This document shows, one piece after another, positions 38,188-48,104 of a stretch of 64,000 bases of DNA (positions are counted from its first letter, which is position 1; each line of letters begins with the position of its first letter). The stretch spans positions 825,023-889,022 of the forward strand of contig NW_005434673.1 of assembly GCF_000315625.1 (NCBI RefSeq). The letters run 5' to 3'. The notes below the pieces were generated by a model. It was not told the origin of the DNA. It ran no database searches and worked only from the letters and a program-made list of their open reading frames with translations. This DNA comes from Guillardia theta CCMP2712 (taxonomy: Eukaryota > Protista > Cryptophyta). Both the position numbers and the translations under genes were made by a program.

Positions 38188-38577
38188 TCATTGCATACTC
38201 AATGACTTCAGATGACTCAACGAGGCTTTCCTCTCCCGTTCCTTCCGGGCTACATCACAAAGGCTCTGCAGAAGCAGGCCGTCGTTTCCCTTTCTTTTCT
38301 TCGCGTGGTTGTGAGCAGAGATCTCGAAACTGAAGTTCATAGGGAGGGAGATACAGGGCGGTGACGCAATGCCTTCTGACCGGCGGATTCTCTTCTGCGC
38401 TCGCTGCTCTCGATGATCTTTTGAAGCAATGCAAGGGCGTGACAAGTTGACTTGTTGGCTATCAGACAAAGAAAGAGTCGCAAGCTTGATCCCACACGTT
38501 TCTGGAGCGAAGATGAAGGCGGAGGACCTTTGGCTTTGAGGGGGCTGAACTGATGGTGCGGCAATCCCAACCGACAT
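38188..38577 (-). CDS. Divergent family member lacking the Trp box (129 aa, MSVGI subtype)
   Basis: Retains CISLPMNFSFE and GNDGLLLQSLCDVA boxes. Confidence 0.6.
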   Translation of the reverse strand: MSVGIAAPSVQPPQSQRSSAFIFAPETCGIKLATLSLSDSQQVNLSRPCIASKDHREQRAQKRIRRSEGIASPPCISLPMNFSFEISAHNHAKKRKGNDGLLLQSLCDVARKERERKASLSHLKSLSMQ

Positions 38578-39182
38578 GTCACCCAGCCGGAGGTAGCGGA
38601 ATACGAGATGAGATGCCCACAGAAAGACCCGGGGCAACAACAGAGGCCGGGAAAAGCGAGACAAGGAAGCGAAGGAGCGGAGGGAGGTATGTATGGGGCA
38701 ATGAAAGGGAGTAAAGGGGAAGGGGAAGTGGAAGGGAGAGGAAAAATTGAACAAAGGGATGAGTACAGGGGGATGAAAATGGAGGGATAAGAAGCAAGAA
38801 ACGACTACAGGGGAATGAAGGGGAGGGATGCTGGCCTTGTTGTTTCCTCTGCAGGTAGGCGAGGAACGATGCACACACAAAGCAGGCGAGGAGGCTGCCC
38901 AAGTGGAGTCCGTGATTGCCCGCTAACGAACGTTCCCAAGTTGATATCAAACGCTGCCATAACACATCGTTTGGTTTCATCATATGGCCCCTTGTGTGTT
39001 GTAATATGACCCCTTCGGGCTTCCCCCCATTCCCCCCCCTCTGTCCACCCCCTTCGATGGTTTCCTGCCCTAAGCAAGCGGGAGCATAGTCCATTGTGGT
39101 GACCGACCTCCCCCTCCCACGCGACTCTCCTCCTCTTGTCTCACCTTACCCGTCCACTCTTATTCCTTCGCTCCTTGCCGCC

Positions 39183-39572
39183 ATGCCCCATCATCTCGGT
39201 TTAGCGCCGATCTCCGTCCCTCTTGACGACCTCCATGACGCTCTCAGCTGGCAGCACGTTCTCTTCCCTCAAGGAAGGCCCAACACCCCCAGCTCTGCGT
39301 CTCTCAAGTCAGCAGACGGTCTCAGCACGGCTTCTTGCCCCTCGGACGATGACGACCTCCTCCAACATCCATGGACCGCGGAAGAAGCGGCAGTCCACGC
39401 CAGGGTGGAGCAGGACAAGTTTATCTCCCTTCCTTCCAACTTCAAGCTGGAGACCAGACGAGTCAGCCTCGTCATTCGCTGCGCTGGTCCGGAGGGCATG
39501 CTGCTGCGCAGCCTGGAGGAGGCTCTGCACAAGCATGGTGGCTCCTTCTTCGAGACGGAGGCTGGAGAGTGA
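39183..39572 (+). CDS. Small intronless LSWQHVLFP-family protein (129 aa, MPHHL subtype)
   Basis: DALSWQHVLFPQG, FISLPSNFKLE, GPEGMLLRSLEEAL. Confidence 0.75.
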   Translation: MPHHLGLAPISVPLDDLHDALSWQHVLFPQGRPNTPSSASLKSADGLSTASCPSDDDDLLQHPWTAEEAAVHARVEQDKFISLPSNFKLETRRVSLVIRCAGPEGMLLRSLEEALHKHGGSFFETEAGE

Positions 39573-39785
39573 GCCAACTGCTTGGCGACAAGTGTTTCTC
39601 AAAGCATGATATCGTAACGGTTGATCATGACAGAGATGTTTCTAAGGCTGTAGTGGATGCTGTAGAGATCCGGTGAGGATCAAGTCTGATGGAGGAAGTT
39701 GCTCGTTTTTCTTATGTAGATTTTGCTCAAGAGCCAGTGGATGATATCAATAAATCGAAGATCCCCAAATGTGATCCTGACTCGC

Positions 39786-40300
39786 TCACTTGTCCGGGCT
39801 TGGCTTCTTTTCCGGCATAAACGGAGAAGACAACTGAAGCGAAAGCATCATCATCACTCCTCCTTCAGCTGCACTTGTCACCTTGTAGATATCCTGTCGC
39901 CTCTGCAACCAATATGGCATGTTTTGGCGGCGAGAAACCACCTTGGCAAGCATAACGTTTGCAGCAACAACATGGTCCCCTCCCAATCAACCTGCGTAAG
40001 ATCCAAGTCTACCATCAAGATGTCTTCTTTCTCCTGCAGTTCACCGAGCTGGCCATTCGGATTACCCCACTGAACAAAGTCTGGAGGGGAAGAGGACCTT
40101 TTCTCCCCATAGGTCGACAATCATCGAGTGTCCCCAGGCGATGTAGTCTGCAGACTCGTCCCTTGCTGGGGAACAAACAATCCCGAAAGACTGCAGCACA
40201 TGGCTCGGTTCACGACAGACATCTTCCTTACTTTCTTCACCTGGGTATCCACAGCGCGAGCCCTCAGAAGCAGCTCCCAGTGAGCGGGTCCAGTGACCAT
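39786..40300 (-). pseudogene. Duplicated 3' fragment of NIT2 (inverted)
   Basis: 39683-40300 is the reverse complement of 33312-33929 with few substitutions and introns retained. The 5' part of the gene is missing. Confidence 0.9.
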
Positions 40301-40371
40301 TTATTTACATCTCTATATCTACATCAGTCTTACATCTCCCCCTCCCCATTCTTCTTCTCCCCCTTCCTCCT

Positions 40372-40698
40372 TCACTCTTGAGCCCCCCGGCCGCTCCTCA
40401 GCGACTGCCTCCTCATCGCCTCCTCGATCGACCTCAACAGCATCCCCTCCTTCCCCGTCCCTCTGATCGCCCGGCTCCTCTGCCTCGCCTCAAGCTTGAA
40501 GCCCGTCGGATACGAGATCCCCCACGCCTCTCCTTCCTCGTCCCTCTCCGCCAACGCCGCTGCCTCCTTTCCTGTCGCGACCTTGGACGCCTGCGGGCGG
40601 CCCCTCGGGAAGAGCGCGGCCTCCCACGCCAGGGCCTCCTCGGGCTCCTGGCTGCCTTCCGTCTTGAGCTCCAGTGCGATCTCAGTCTCGAGTGCCAT
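40372..40698 (-). CDS. Small family protein, MALET subtype (108 aa), array unit 1
   Basis: EALAWEAALFPRG, GISYPTGFKLE, GKEGMLLRSIEEAM. Confidence 0.75.
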   Translation of the reverse strand: MALETEIALELKTEGSQEPEEALAWEAALFPRGRPQASKVATGKEAAALAERDEEGEAWGISYPTGFKLEARQRSRAIRGTGKEGMLLRSIEEAMRRQSLRSGRGAQE

Positions 40699-41061
40699 CC
40701 TGCTTGCCTTGATGTGTGTGTGTGTGCGGCCGAGCACAAGGGGGCAGGAAATAAGTAAAGGGGCATGGGGAGGGGGACGGCCCAGCTTCTCCGTGACCAT
40801 GCCGAGGTATGTAGTAAAGATATCTCATGCGACCGACCCCTTATCAGCAAGTCACGCTACACCACGGCCTTCGGTCACGTCATACCAGGGCCTTGGATAC
40901 CGCGTAACAGGCAAGTGGGTCGTGAAGTGTAGGACGGCTTTGCTGCCTTGTGTTGGGTAGCTATCGCTTGACTGAGGCGAGCTGGCTTTCGACCCCCCTC
41001 CCGAATCCAAAAACCTTGCTGCCCCGGATATCCTCCCGACACTCGTTGGCCAGGGGTGAGC
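40699..41061. promoter_or_regulatory. Putative bidirectional promoter shared by the MALET/MSNIL pair, repeated in each array unit
   Basis: 363 bp between divergent ATGs. GTCACG/CGTGAC at 40792, 40851 and 40874, plus CGTGA at 40921. Confidence 0.5.
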
Positions 41062-41448
41062 ATGTCTAACATCCTTGCTCTTGCGTCCGACCCCGTTCCT
41101 TCAGACGAGCTGCAAGGCGGGCTGTCGTGGCAGCATGTGCTGTTCCCTGTCGGCCGAAGCCCATCCCCGACCTCGTCGTCCAAATCAGTAGGAGAGGGCG
41201 AGAGCGATTGCTCAACGGAATCTTCGTCGGAGGACACAGACGACGAAGACCAAGTGAGAGAGAGGGGCCGGGGGCTTGCTGATGGCATACAGCTCGACGT
41301 GATCGAGCCGAGATGGATATCGCTTCCGACTTGCTTCATCTTGGAACCGAGACCCCGGAGCCTAGCAATCCGTACCCAAGGACGAGAGGACATGCTGCTG
41401 CGGAGCTTACAGGAGGCAGTGTCGAGGTACGGGAGAGTGCGGGGTTGA
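41062..41448 (+). CDS. Small family protein, MSNIL subtype (128 aa), array unit 1
   Basis: GGLSWQHVLFPVG, SPSPTSS/acidic linker, WISLPTCFILE, GREDMLLRSLQEAV. Confidence 0.75.
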   Translation: MSNILALASDPVPSDELQGGLSWQHVLFPVGRSPSPTSSSKSVGEGESDCSTESSSEDTDDEDQVRERGRGLADGIQLDVIEPRWISLPTCFILEPRPRSLAIRTQGREDMLLRSLQEAVSRYGRVRG

Positions 41449-42106
41449 GTAGGGCGTCATCGCGAGACGACAAGAGAGCAAGGCTTGCAGCTGACATCAA
41501 GGAGGTGCCCCCCCACATGTCATTTTGCTTGTCAATACAAGAGCACGAAACCTGAGATCGACTGATTTTGTTGAGTTTGTCACGACATGAGCATAGCGCG
41601 ATGGTCTTTGTTTCGAGATAGGTATGAGATCCAAGCTTGTATCGCATCAGACCCTAGAGTCTATCTCAAGCTCATGCTACACGTGCCCGCCAATGCACCT
41701 CGCTCCAACGACCGTGGCATGCCAGCCAGAAAGAAGATGCTTCGAGCTCACGATGAAGGGAAGACTAGAGTCCCAGGAGGCCCAGGCGAGGGAGGCAACG
41801 ATGATGCGATGTGGGAGAGGTGAAGATGCACGTGCGGATGAGGGCCTCGATGTGAGTTCTACTTGCTCATCGGCGGGGAGCGTTTGTAGGAAACGTGACT
41901 TCATCGGCACTGATTGTCGTGCTACACCACCGTGCACAGCACGGGAATGATCACTTAGGGATAGCACCGTATGAATGCGGAGCGCACAAACCATGACAAG
42001 AGTCACTTCTTCTGTCTTGATGATGATCAGCCTCTTTATTTACATCTCTATATCTACATCAGTCTTACATCTCCCCCTCCCCATTCTTCTTCTCCCCCTT
42101 CCTCCT

Positions 42107-42433
42107 TCACTCTTGAGCCCCCCGGCCGCTCCTCAGCGACTGCCTCCTCATCGCCTCCTCGATCGACCTCAGCAGCATCCCCTCCTTCCCCGTCCCTCTG
42201 ATCGCCCGGCTCCTCTGCCTCGCCTCAAGCTTGAAGCCCGTCGGATACGAGATCCCCCACGCCTCTCCTTCCTCGTCCCTCTCCGCCAACGCCGCTGCCT
42301 CCTTTCCTGTCGCGACCTTGGACGCCTGCGGGCGGCCCCTCGGGAAGAGCGCGGCCTCCCACGCCAGGGCCTCCTCGGGCTCCTGGCTGCCTTCCGTCTT
42401 GAGCTCCAGTGCGATCTCAGTCTCGAGTGCCAT
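42107..42433 (-). CDS. MALET subtype, array unit 2
   Basis: Same protein sequence as 40372-40698. Confidence 0.75.
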   Translation of the reverse strand: MALETEIALELKTEGSQEPEEALAWEAALFPRGRPQASKVATGKEAAALAERDEEGEAWGISYPTGFKLEARQRSRAIRGTGKEGMLLRSIEEAMRRQSLRSGRGAQE

Positions 42434-42796
42434 CCTGCTTGCCTTGATGTGTGTGTGTGTGCGGCCGAGCACAAGGGGGCAGGAAATAAGTAAAGGGGCA
42501 TGGGGAGGGGGACGGCCCAGCTTCTCCGTGACCATGCCGAGGTATGTAGTAAAGATATCTCATGCGACCGACCCCTTATCAGCAAGTCACGCTACACCAC
42601 GGCCTTCGGTCACGTCATACCAGGGCCTTGGATACCGCGTAACAGGCAAGTGGGTCGTGAAGTGTAGGACGGCTTTGCTGCCTTGTGTTGGGTAGCTATC
42701 GCTTGACTGAGGCGAGCTGGCTTTCGACCCCCCTCCCGAATCCAAAAACCTTGCTGCCCCGGATATCCTCCCGACACTCGTTGGCCAGGGGTGAGC

Positions 42797-43183
42797 ATGT
42801 CCAACATCCTTGCTCTTGCGTCCGACCCCGTTCCTCCAGACGAGCTGCAAGGCGGGCTGTCGTGGCAGCATGTGCTGTTCCCTGTCGGCCGAAGCCCATC
42901 CCCGACCTCGTCGTCCAAATCAGTAGGAGATGGCGAGAGCGATTGCTCAACGGAATCTTCGTCGGAGGACACAGACGACGAAGACCAAGTGAGAGAGAGG
43001 GGCCGGGGGCTTGCTGATGGCATACAGCTCGACGTGATCGAGCCGAGATGGATATCGCTTCCGACTTGCTTCATCTTGGAACCGAGACCCCGGAGCCTAG
43101 CAATCCGTATCCAAGGACGAGAGGACATGCTGCTGCGGAGCTTACAGGAGGCAGTGTCGAGGTACGGGAGAGTGCGGGGTTGA
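42797..43183 (+). CDS. MSNIL subtype, array unit 2
   Basis: Three amino-acid differences from 41062-41448. Confidence 0.75.
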   Translation: MSNILALASDPVPPDELQGGLSWQHVLFPVGRSPSPTSSSKSVGDGESDCSTESSSEDTDDEDQVRERGRGLADGIQLDVIEPRWISLPTCFILEPRPRSLAIRIQGREDMLLRSLQEAVSRYGRVRG

Positions 43184-43800
43184 GTAGGGCGTCATCGCGA
43201 GACGACAAGAGAGCAAGGCTTGCAGCTGACGTCAAGGAGGTGCCCCCCCCACATGTCATTTTGCTTGTCAATACAAGAGCACGAAACCTGAGACCGACTG
43301 ATTTTGTTGAGTTTGTCACGACATGAGCATAGCGCGATGGTCTTTGTTTCGAGATAGGTATGAGATCCAAGCTTGTATCGCATCAGACCCTAGAGTCTAT
43401 CTCAAGCTCATGCTACACGTGCCCGCCAATGCACCTCGCTCCAACGACCGTGGCATGCCAGCCAGAAAGAAGATGCTTCGAGCTCACGATGGAGGGAAGA
43501 CTAGAGTCCGAGGAGGCCCAGGCGAGGGAGGCAACGATGATGCGATGTGGGAGAGGTGAAGATGCACGTGCGGATGAGGGCCTCGATGTGAGTTCTACTT
43601 GCTCATCGGCGGGGAGCGTTTGTAGGAAACGTGACTTCATCGGCACTGATTGTCACGCTACACCACCGTGCACAGCACGGGAATGATCACTTAGGGATAG
43701 CACCGTATGAATGCGGAGCGCACAAACCATGACAAGAGTCACTTCTTCTGTCTTGATGATGATCAGCCTCTTTATTTACATCTCTATATCTACATCAGTC

Positions 43801-44145
43801 TTACATCTCCCCCTCCCCATTCTTCTTCTCCCCCTTCCTCCCCCTCAGCGACTGCCTCCTCATCGCCTCCTCGATCGACCTCAGCAGCATCCCCTCCTTC
43901 CCCGTCCCTCTGATCGCCCGGCTCCTCTGCCTCGCCTCAAGCTTGAAGCCCGTCGGATACGAGATCCCCCACGCCTCTCCTTCCTCGTCCCTCTCCGCCA
44001 ACGCCGCTGCCTCCTTTCCTGTCGCGACCTTGGACGCCTGCGGGCGGCCCCTCGGGAAGAGCGCGGCCTCCCACGCCAGGGCCTCCTCGGGCTCCTGGCT
44101 GCCTTCCGTCTTGAGCTCCAGTGCGATCTCAGTCTCGAGTGCCAT
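43801..44145 (-). CDS. MALET subtype, array unit 3, altered C-terminus
   Basis: A small deletion removes the normal stop, giving the tail RGRKGEKKNGEGEM. Confidence 0.6.
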   Translation of the reverse strand: MALETEIALELKTEGSQEPEEALAWEAALFPRGRPQASKVATGKEAAALAERDEEGEAWGISYPTGFKLEARQRSRAIRGTGKEGMLLRSIEEAMRRQSLRGRKGEKKNGEGEM

Positions 44146-44366
44146 CCTGCGGTGCCTTGATGTGTGTGTGTGCGGCCGAGCACAAGGGGGCAGGAAATAA
44201 GTAAAGGGGCATGGGGAGGGGGACGGCCCAGCTTCTCCGTGACCATGCCGAGGTATGTAGTAAAGATATCTCATGCGACCGACCCCTTATCAGCAAGTCA
44301 CGCTACACCACGGCCTTCGGTCACGTCATACCAGGGCCTTGGATACCGCGTAACAGGCAAGTGGGT

Positions 44367-44702
44367 CAAGGCGGGCTGTCGTGGCAGCATGTGCTGTTCC
44401 CTGTCGGCCGAAGCCCATCCCCGACCTCGTCGTCCAAATCAGTAGGAGATGGCGAGAGCGATTGCTCAACGGAATCTTCGTCGGAGGACACAGACGACGA
44501 AGACCAAGTGAGAGAGAGGGGCCGGGGGCTTGCTGATGGCATACAGCTCGACGTGATCGAGCCGAGATGGATATCGCTTCCGACTGGCTTCATCTTGGAA
44601 CCGAGACCCCGGAGCCTAGCAATCCGTATCCAAGGACGAGAGGACATGCTGCTGCGGAGCTTACAGGAGGCAGTGTCGAGGTACGGGAGAGTGCGGGGTT
44701 GA
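44367..44702 (+). pseudogene. MSNIL subtype lacking its start (deletion junction ..aagtgggt|caaggcgggctg..)
   Basis: A deletion of about 190 bp relative to units 1 and 2 removes half the promoter and the ATG. An upstream in-frame ATG exists at 44211. Confidence 0.6.
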
Positions 44703-45469
44703 GTAGGGCGTCATCGCGAGACGACAAGAGAGCAACAATGGAAGACTGATGTAGATATAAAGATCAAAATATAGAGGCTGATAATCGTGAAGACAGAAGA
44801 AGTGGATCATGTCATGGTTTGTTTTTCCTGATGGCGACTGTGCCTCCTGATGAACTCCCGATATGATAAATTCGCCCATCCTCCAACTGTGTCCCAGGAA
44901 CAAGGCAATCCATCCAGCTTTCTGGAGGCGAGCGCTCCGCATTCATACGGTGCTATCCCTAAGTGATCATTCCCGTGCTGTGCACGGTAGTGTAGCGTGA
45001 CAATCAGTGCCGATGAAGTCACGTTTCCTACAAACGCTCCCCGCCGATGAGCAAGTAGAACTCACATCGAGGCCCTCATCCGCACGTGCATCTTCACCTC
45101 TCCCACATCGCATCATCGTTGCCTCCCTCGCCTGGGCCTCCTCGGACTCTAGTCTTCCCTCCATCGTGANNNNNNNNNNNNNNNNNNNNNNNNNNNNNNN
45201 NNNNNNNNNNNNNNNNNNNNNNNNNNNNNNNNNNNNNNNNNNNNNNNNNNNNNNNNNNNNNNNNNNNNNNNNNNNNNNNNNNNNNNNNNNNNNNNNNNNN
45301 NNNNNNNNNNNNNNNNNNNNNNNNNNNNNNNNNNNNNNNNNNNNNNNNNNNNNNNNNNNNNNNNNNNNNNNNNNNNNNNNNNNNNNNNNNNNNNNNNNNN
45401 NNNNNNNNNNNNNNNNNNNNNNNNNNNNNNNNNNNNNNNNNCTCTTGTCGTCTCGCGATGACGCCCTAC

Positions 45470-45702
45470 TCAACCCCGCACTCTCCCGTACCTCGACACT
45501 GCCTCCTGTAAGCTCCGCAGCAGCATGNNNNNNNNNNNNNNNNNNNNNNNNNNNNNNNNNNNNNNNNNNNNNNNNNNNNNNNNNNNNNNNNNNNNNNNNN
45601 NNNNNNNNNNNNNNNNNNNNNNNNNNNGCGACATCGACAGCCCCCTTTGCAGCTCGTCTGGAGGAAACGGGGTCCGGACGCAAGAGCAAGCATGTTGATC
45701 AT
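45470..45702 (-). CDS. MSNIL subtype, inverted arm, interrupted by an assembly gap
   Basis: C-terminal MLLRSLQEAVSRYGRVRG and an error-rich N-terminal read end flank the N run 45528-45627. A second gap lies at 45170-45441. Confidence 0.5.
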
Positions 45703-46066
45703 GCCTCACCCCTGGCCATCGAGTGTCGGGAGGATATCCGGGGCAGCAAGGTTTTTCGATTCGAGAGGGGGGTCGAAAGCCAGCTCGCCTCACTCAAGCG
45801 ATAGCTACCCAACACAAGGCAGCAAAGCCCGTCCTACACTTCACGACCCACTTGCCTGTTACGCGGTATCCAAGGCCCTGGTATGACGTGACCGAAGGCC
45901 GTGGTGTAGCGTGACTTGCTGATAAGGGGTCGGTCGCATGAGATATCTTTACTACATACCTCGGCATGGTCACGGAGAAGCTGGGCCGTCCCCCTCCCCA
46001 TGCCCCTTTACTTATTTCCTGCCCCCTTGTGCTCGGCCGCACACACACACATCAAGGCACCGCAGG

Positions 46067-46390
46067 ATGGCACTCGAGACTGAGATCGCACTGGAGCTCA
46101 AGACGGAAGGCAGCCAGGAGCCCGAGGAGGCCCTGGCGTGGGAGGCCGCGCTCTTCCCGAGGGGCCGCCCGCAGGCGTCCAAGGTCGCGACAGGAAAGGA
46201 GGCAGCGGCGTTGGCGGAGAGGGACGAGGAAGGAGAGGCGTGGGGGATCTCGTATCCGACGGGCTTCAAGCTTGAGGCGAGGCAGAGGAGCCGGGCGATC
46301 AGAGGGACGGGGAAGGAGGGGATGCTGCTGAGGTCGATCGAGGAGGCGATGACAGAAGAAGTGGATCATGTCATGGTTTGTTTTTCCTGA
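46067..46390 (+). CDS. MALET subtype, inverted arm, 3' end replaced by a deletion junction
   Basis: Identical up to EEAM, then TEEVDHVMVCFS from spacer sequence. Confidence 0.6.
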   Translation: MALETEIALELKTEGSQEPEEALAWEAALFPRGRPQASKVATGKEAAALAERDEEGEAWGISYPTGFKLEARQRSRAIRGTGKEGMLLRSIEEAMTEEVDHVMVCFS

Positions 46391-47028
46391 TGGCGACTGT
46401 GCCTCCTGATGAACTCCCGATATGATAAATTCGCCCATCCTCCAACTGTGTCCCAGGAACAAGGCAATCCATCCAGCTTTCTGGAGGCGAGCGCTCCGCA
46501 TTCATACGGTGCTATCCCTAAGTGATCATTCCCGTGCTGTGCACGGTAGTGTAGCGTGACAATCAGTGCCGATGAAGTCACGTTTCCTACAAACGCTCCC
46601 CGCCGATGAGCAAGTAGAACTCACATCGAGGCCCTCATCCGCACGTGCATCTTCACCTCTCCCACATCGCATCATCGTTGCCTCCCTCGCCTGGGCCTCC
46701 TCGGACTCTAGTCTTCCCTCCATCGTGAGCTCGAAGCATCTTCTTTCTGGCTGGCATGCCACGGTCGTTGGAGCGAGGTGCATTGGCGGGCACGTGTAGC
46801 ATGAGCTTGAGATAGACTCTAGGGTCTGATGCGATACAAGCTTGGATCTCATACCTATCTCGAAACAAAGACCATCGCGCTATGCTCATGTCGTGACAAA
46901 CTCAACAAAATCAGTCGGTCTCAGGTTTCGTGCTCTTGTATTGACAAGCAAAATGACATGTGGGGGGGGCACCTCCTTGACGTCAGCTGCAAGCCTTGCT
47001 CTCTTGTCGTCTCGCGATGACGCCCTAC

Positions 47029-47415
47029 TCAACCCCGCACTCTCCCGTACCTCGACACTGCCTCCTGTAAGCTCCGCAGCAGCATGTCCTCTCGTCCTTG
47101 GATACGGATTGCTAGGCTCCGGGGTCTCGGTTCCAAGATGAAGCAAGTCGGAAGCGATATCCATCTCGGCTCGATCACGTCGAGCTGTATGCCATCAGCA
47201 AGCCCCCGGCCCCTCTCTCTCACTTGGTCTTCGTCGTCTGTGTCCTCCGACGAAGATTCCGTTGAGCAATCGCTCTCGCCATCTCCTACTGATTTGGACG
47301 ACGAGGTCGGGGATGGGCTTCGGCCGACAGGGAACAGCACATGCTGCCACGACAGCCCGCCTTGCAGCTCGTCTGGAGGAACGGGGTCGGACGCAAGAGC
47401 AAGGATGTTGGACAT
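47029..47415 (-). CDS. MSNIL subtype, inverted arm
   Basis: Same protein sequence as 42797-43183. Confidence 0.75.
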   Translation of the reverse strand: MSNILALASDPVPPDELQGGLSWQHVLFPVGRSPSPTSSSKSVGDGESDCSTESSSEDTDDEDQVRERGRGLADGIQLDVIEPRWISLPTCFILEPRPRSLAIRIQGREDMLLRSLQEAVSRYGRVRG

Positions 47416-47777
47416 GCTCACCCCTGGCCAACGAGTGTCGGGAGGATATCCGGGGCAGCAAGGTTTTTGGATTCGGGAGGGGGGTCGAAAGCCAGCTCGC
47501 CTCACTCAAGCGATAGCTACCCAACACAAGGCAGCAAAGCCGTCCTACACTTCACGACCCACTTGCCTGTTACGCGGTATCCAAGGCCCTGGTATGACGT
47601 GACCGAAGGCCGTGGTGTAGCGTGACTTGCTGATAAGGGGTCGGTCGCATGAGATATCTTTACTACATACCTCGGCATGGTCACGGAGAAGCTGGGCCGT
47701 CCCCCTCCCCATGCCCCTTTACTTATTTCCTGCCCCCTTGTGCTCGGCCGCACACACACACATCAAGGCACCGCAGG

Positions 47778-48104
47778 ATGGCACTCGAGACTGAGATCGC
47801 ACTGGAGCTCAAGACGGAAGGCAGCCAGGAGCCCGAGGAGGCCCTGGCGTGGGAGGCCGCGCTCTTCCCGAGGGGCCGCCCGCAGGCGTCCAAGGTCGCG
47901 ACAGGAAAGGAGGCAGCGGCGTTGGCGGAGAGGGACGAGGAAGGAGAGGCGTGGGGGATCTCGTATCCGACGGGCTTCAAGCTTGAGGCGAGGCAGAGGA
48001 GCCGGGCGATCAGAGGGACGGGGAAGGAGGGGATGCTGCTGAGGTCGATCGAGGAGGCGATGAGGAGGCAGTCGCTGAGGGGCGGCCGGGGGGCTCAAGA
48101 GTGA
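47778..48104 (+). CDS. MALET subtype, inverted arm
   Basis: 108 aa, one substitution relative to 40372-40698. Confidence 0.75.
   Translation: MALETEIALELKTEGSQEPEEALAWEAALFPRGRPQASKVATGKEAAALAERDEEGEAWGISYPTGFKLEARQRSRAIRGTGKEGMLLRSIEEAMRRQSLRGGRGAQE

Noticed and set aside
41587-41950. ORFs in the array spacer (78-109 aa) repeated in each unit
   Set aside because: Conserved only because the whole unit is a recent duplicate. Overlapping frames on both strands and no family-like motifs.
35406-48104. Small proteins as HSP20/alpha-crystallin (SLP...EGML resembles LP...GVL), plant S40 senescence regulators or SIAMESE-type CDK inhibitors
   Set aside because: Spacing and downstream residues differ (helical LLRSLxEA rather than a beta strand), and the diagnostic motifs of those families are absent.
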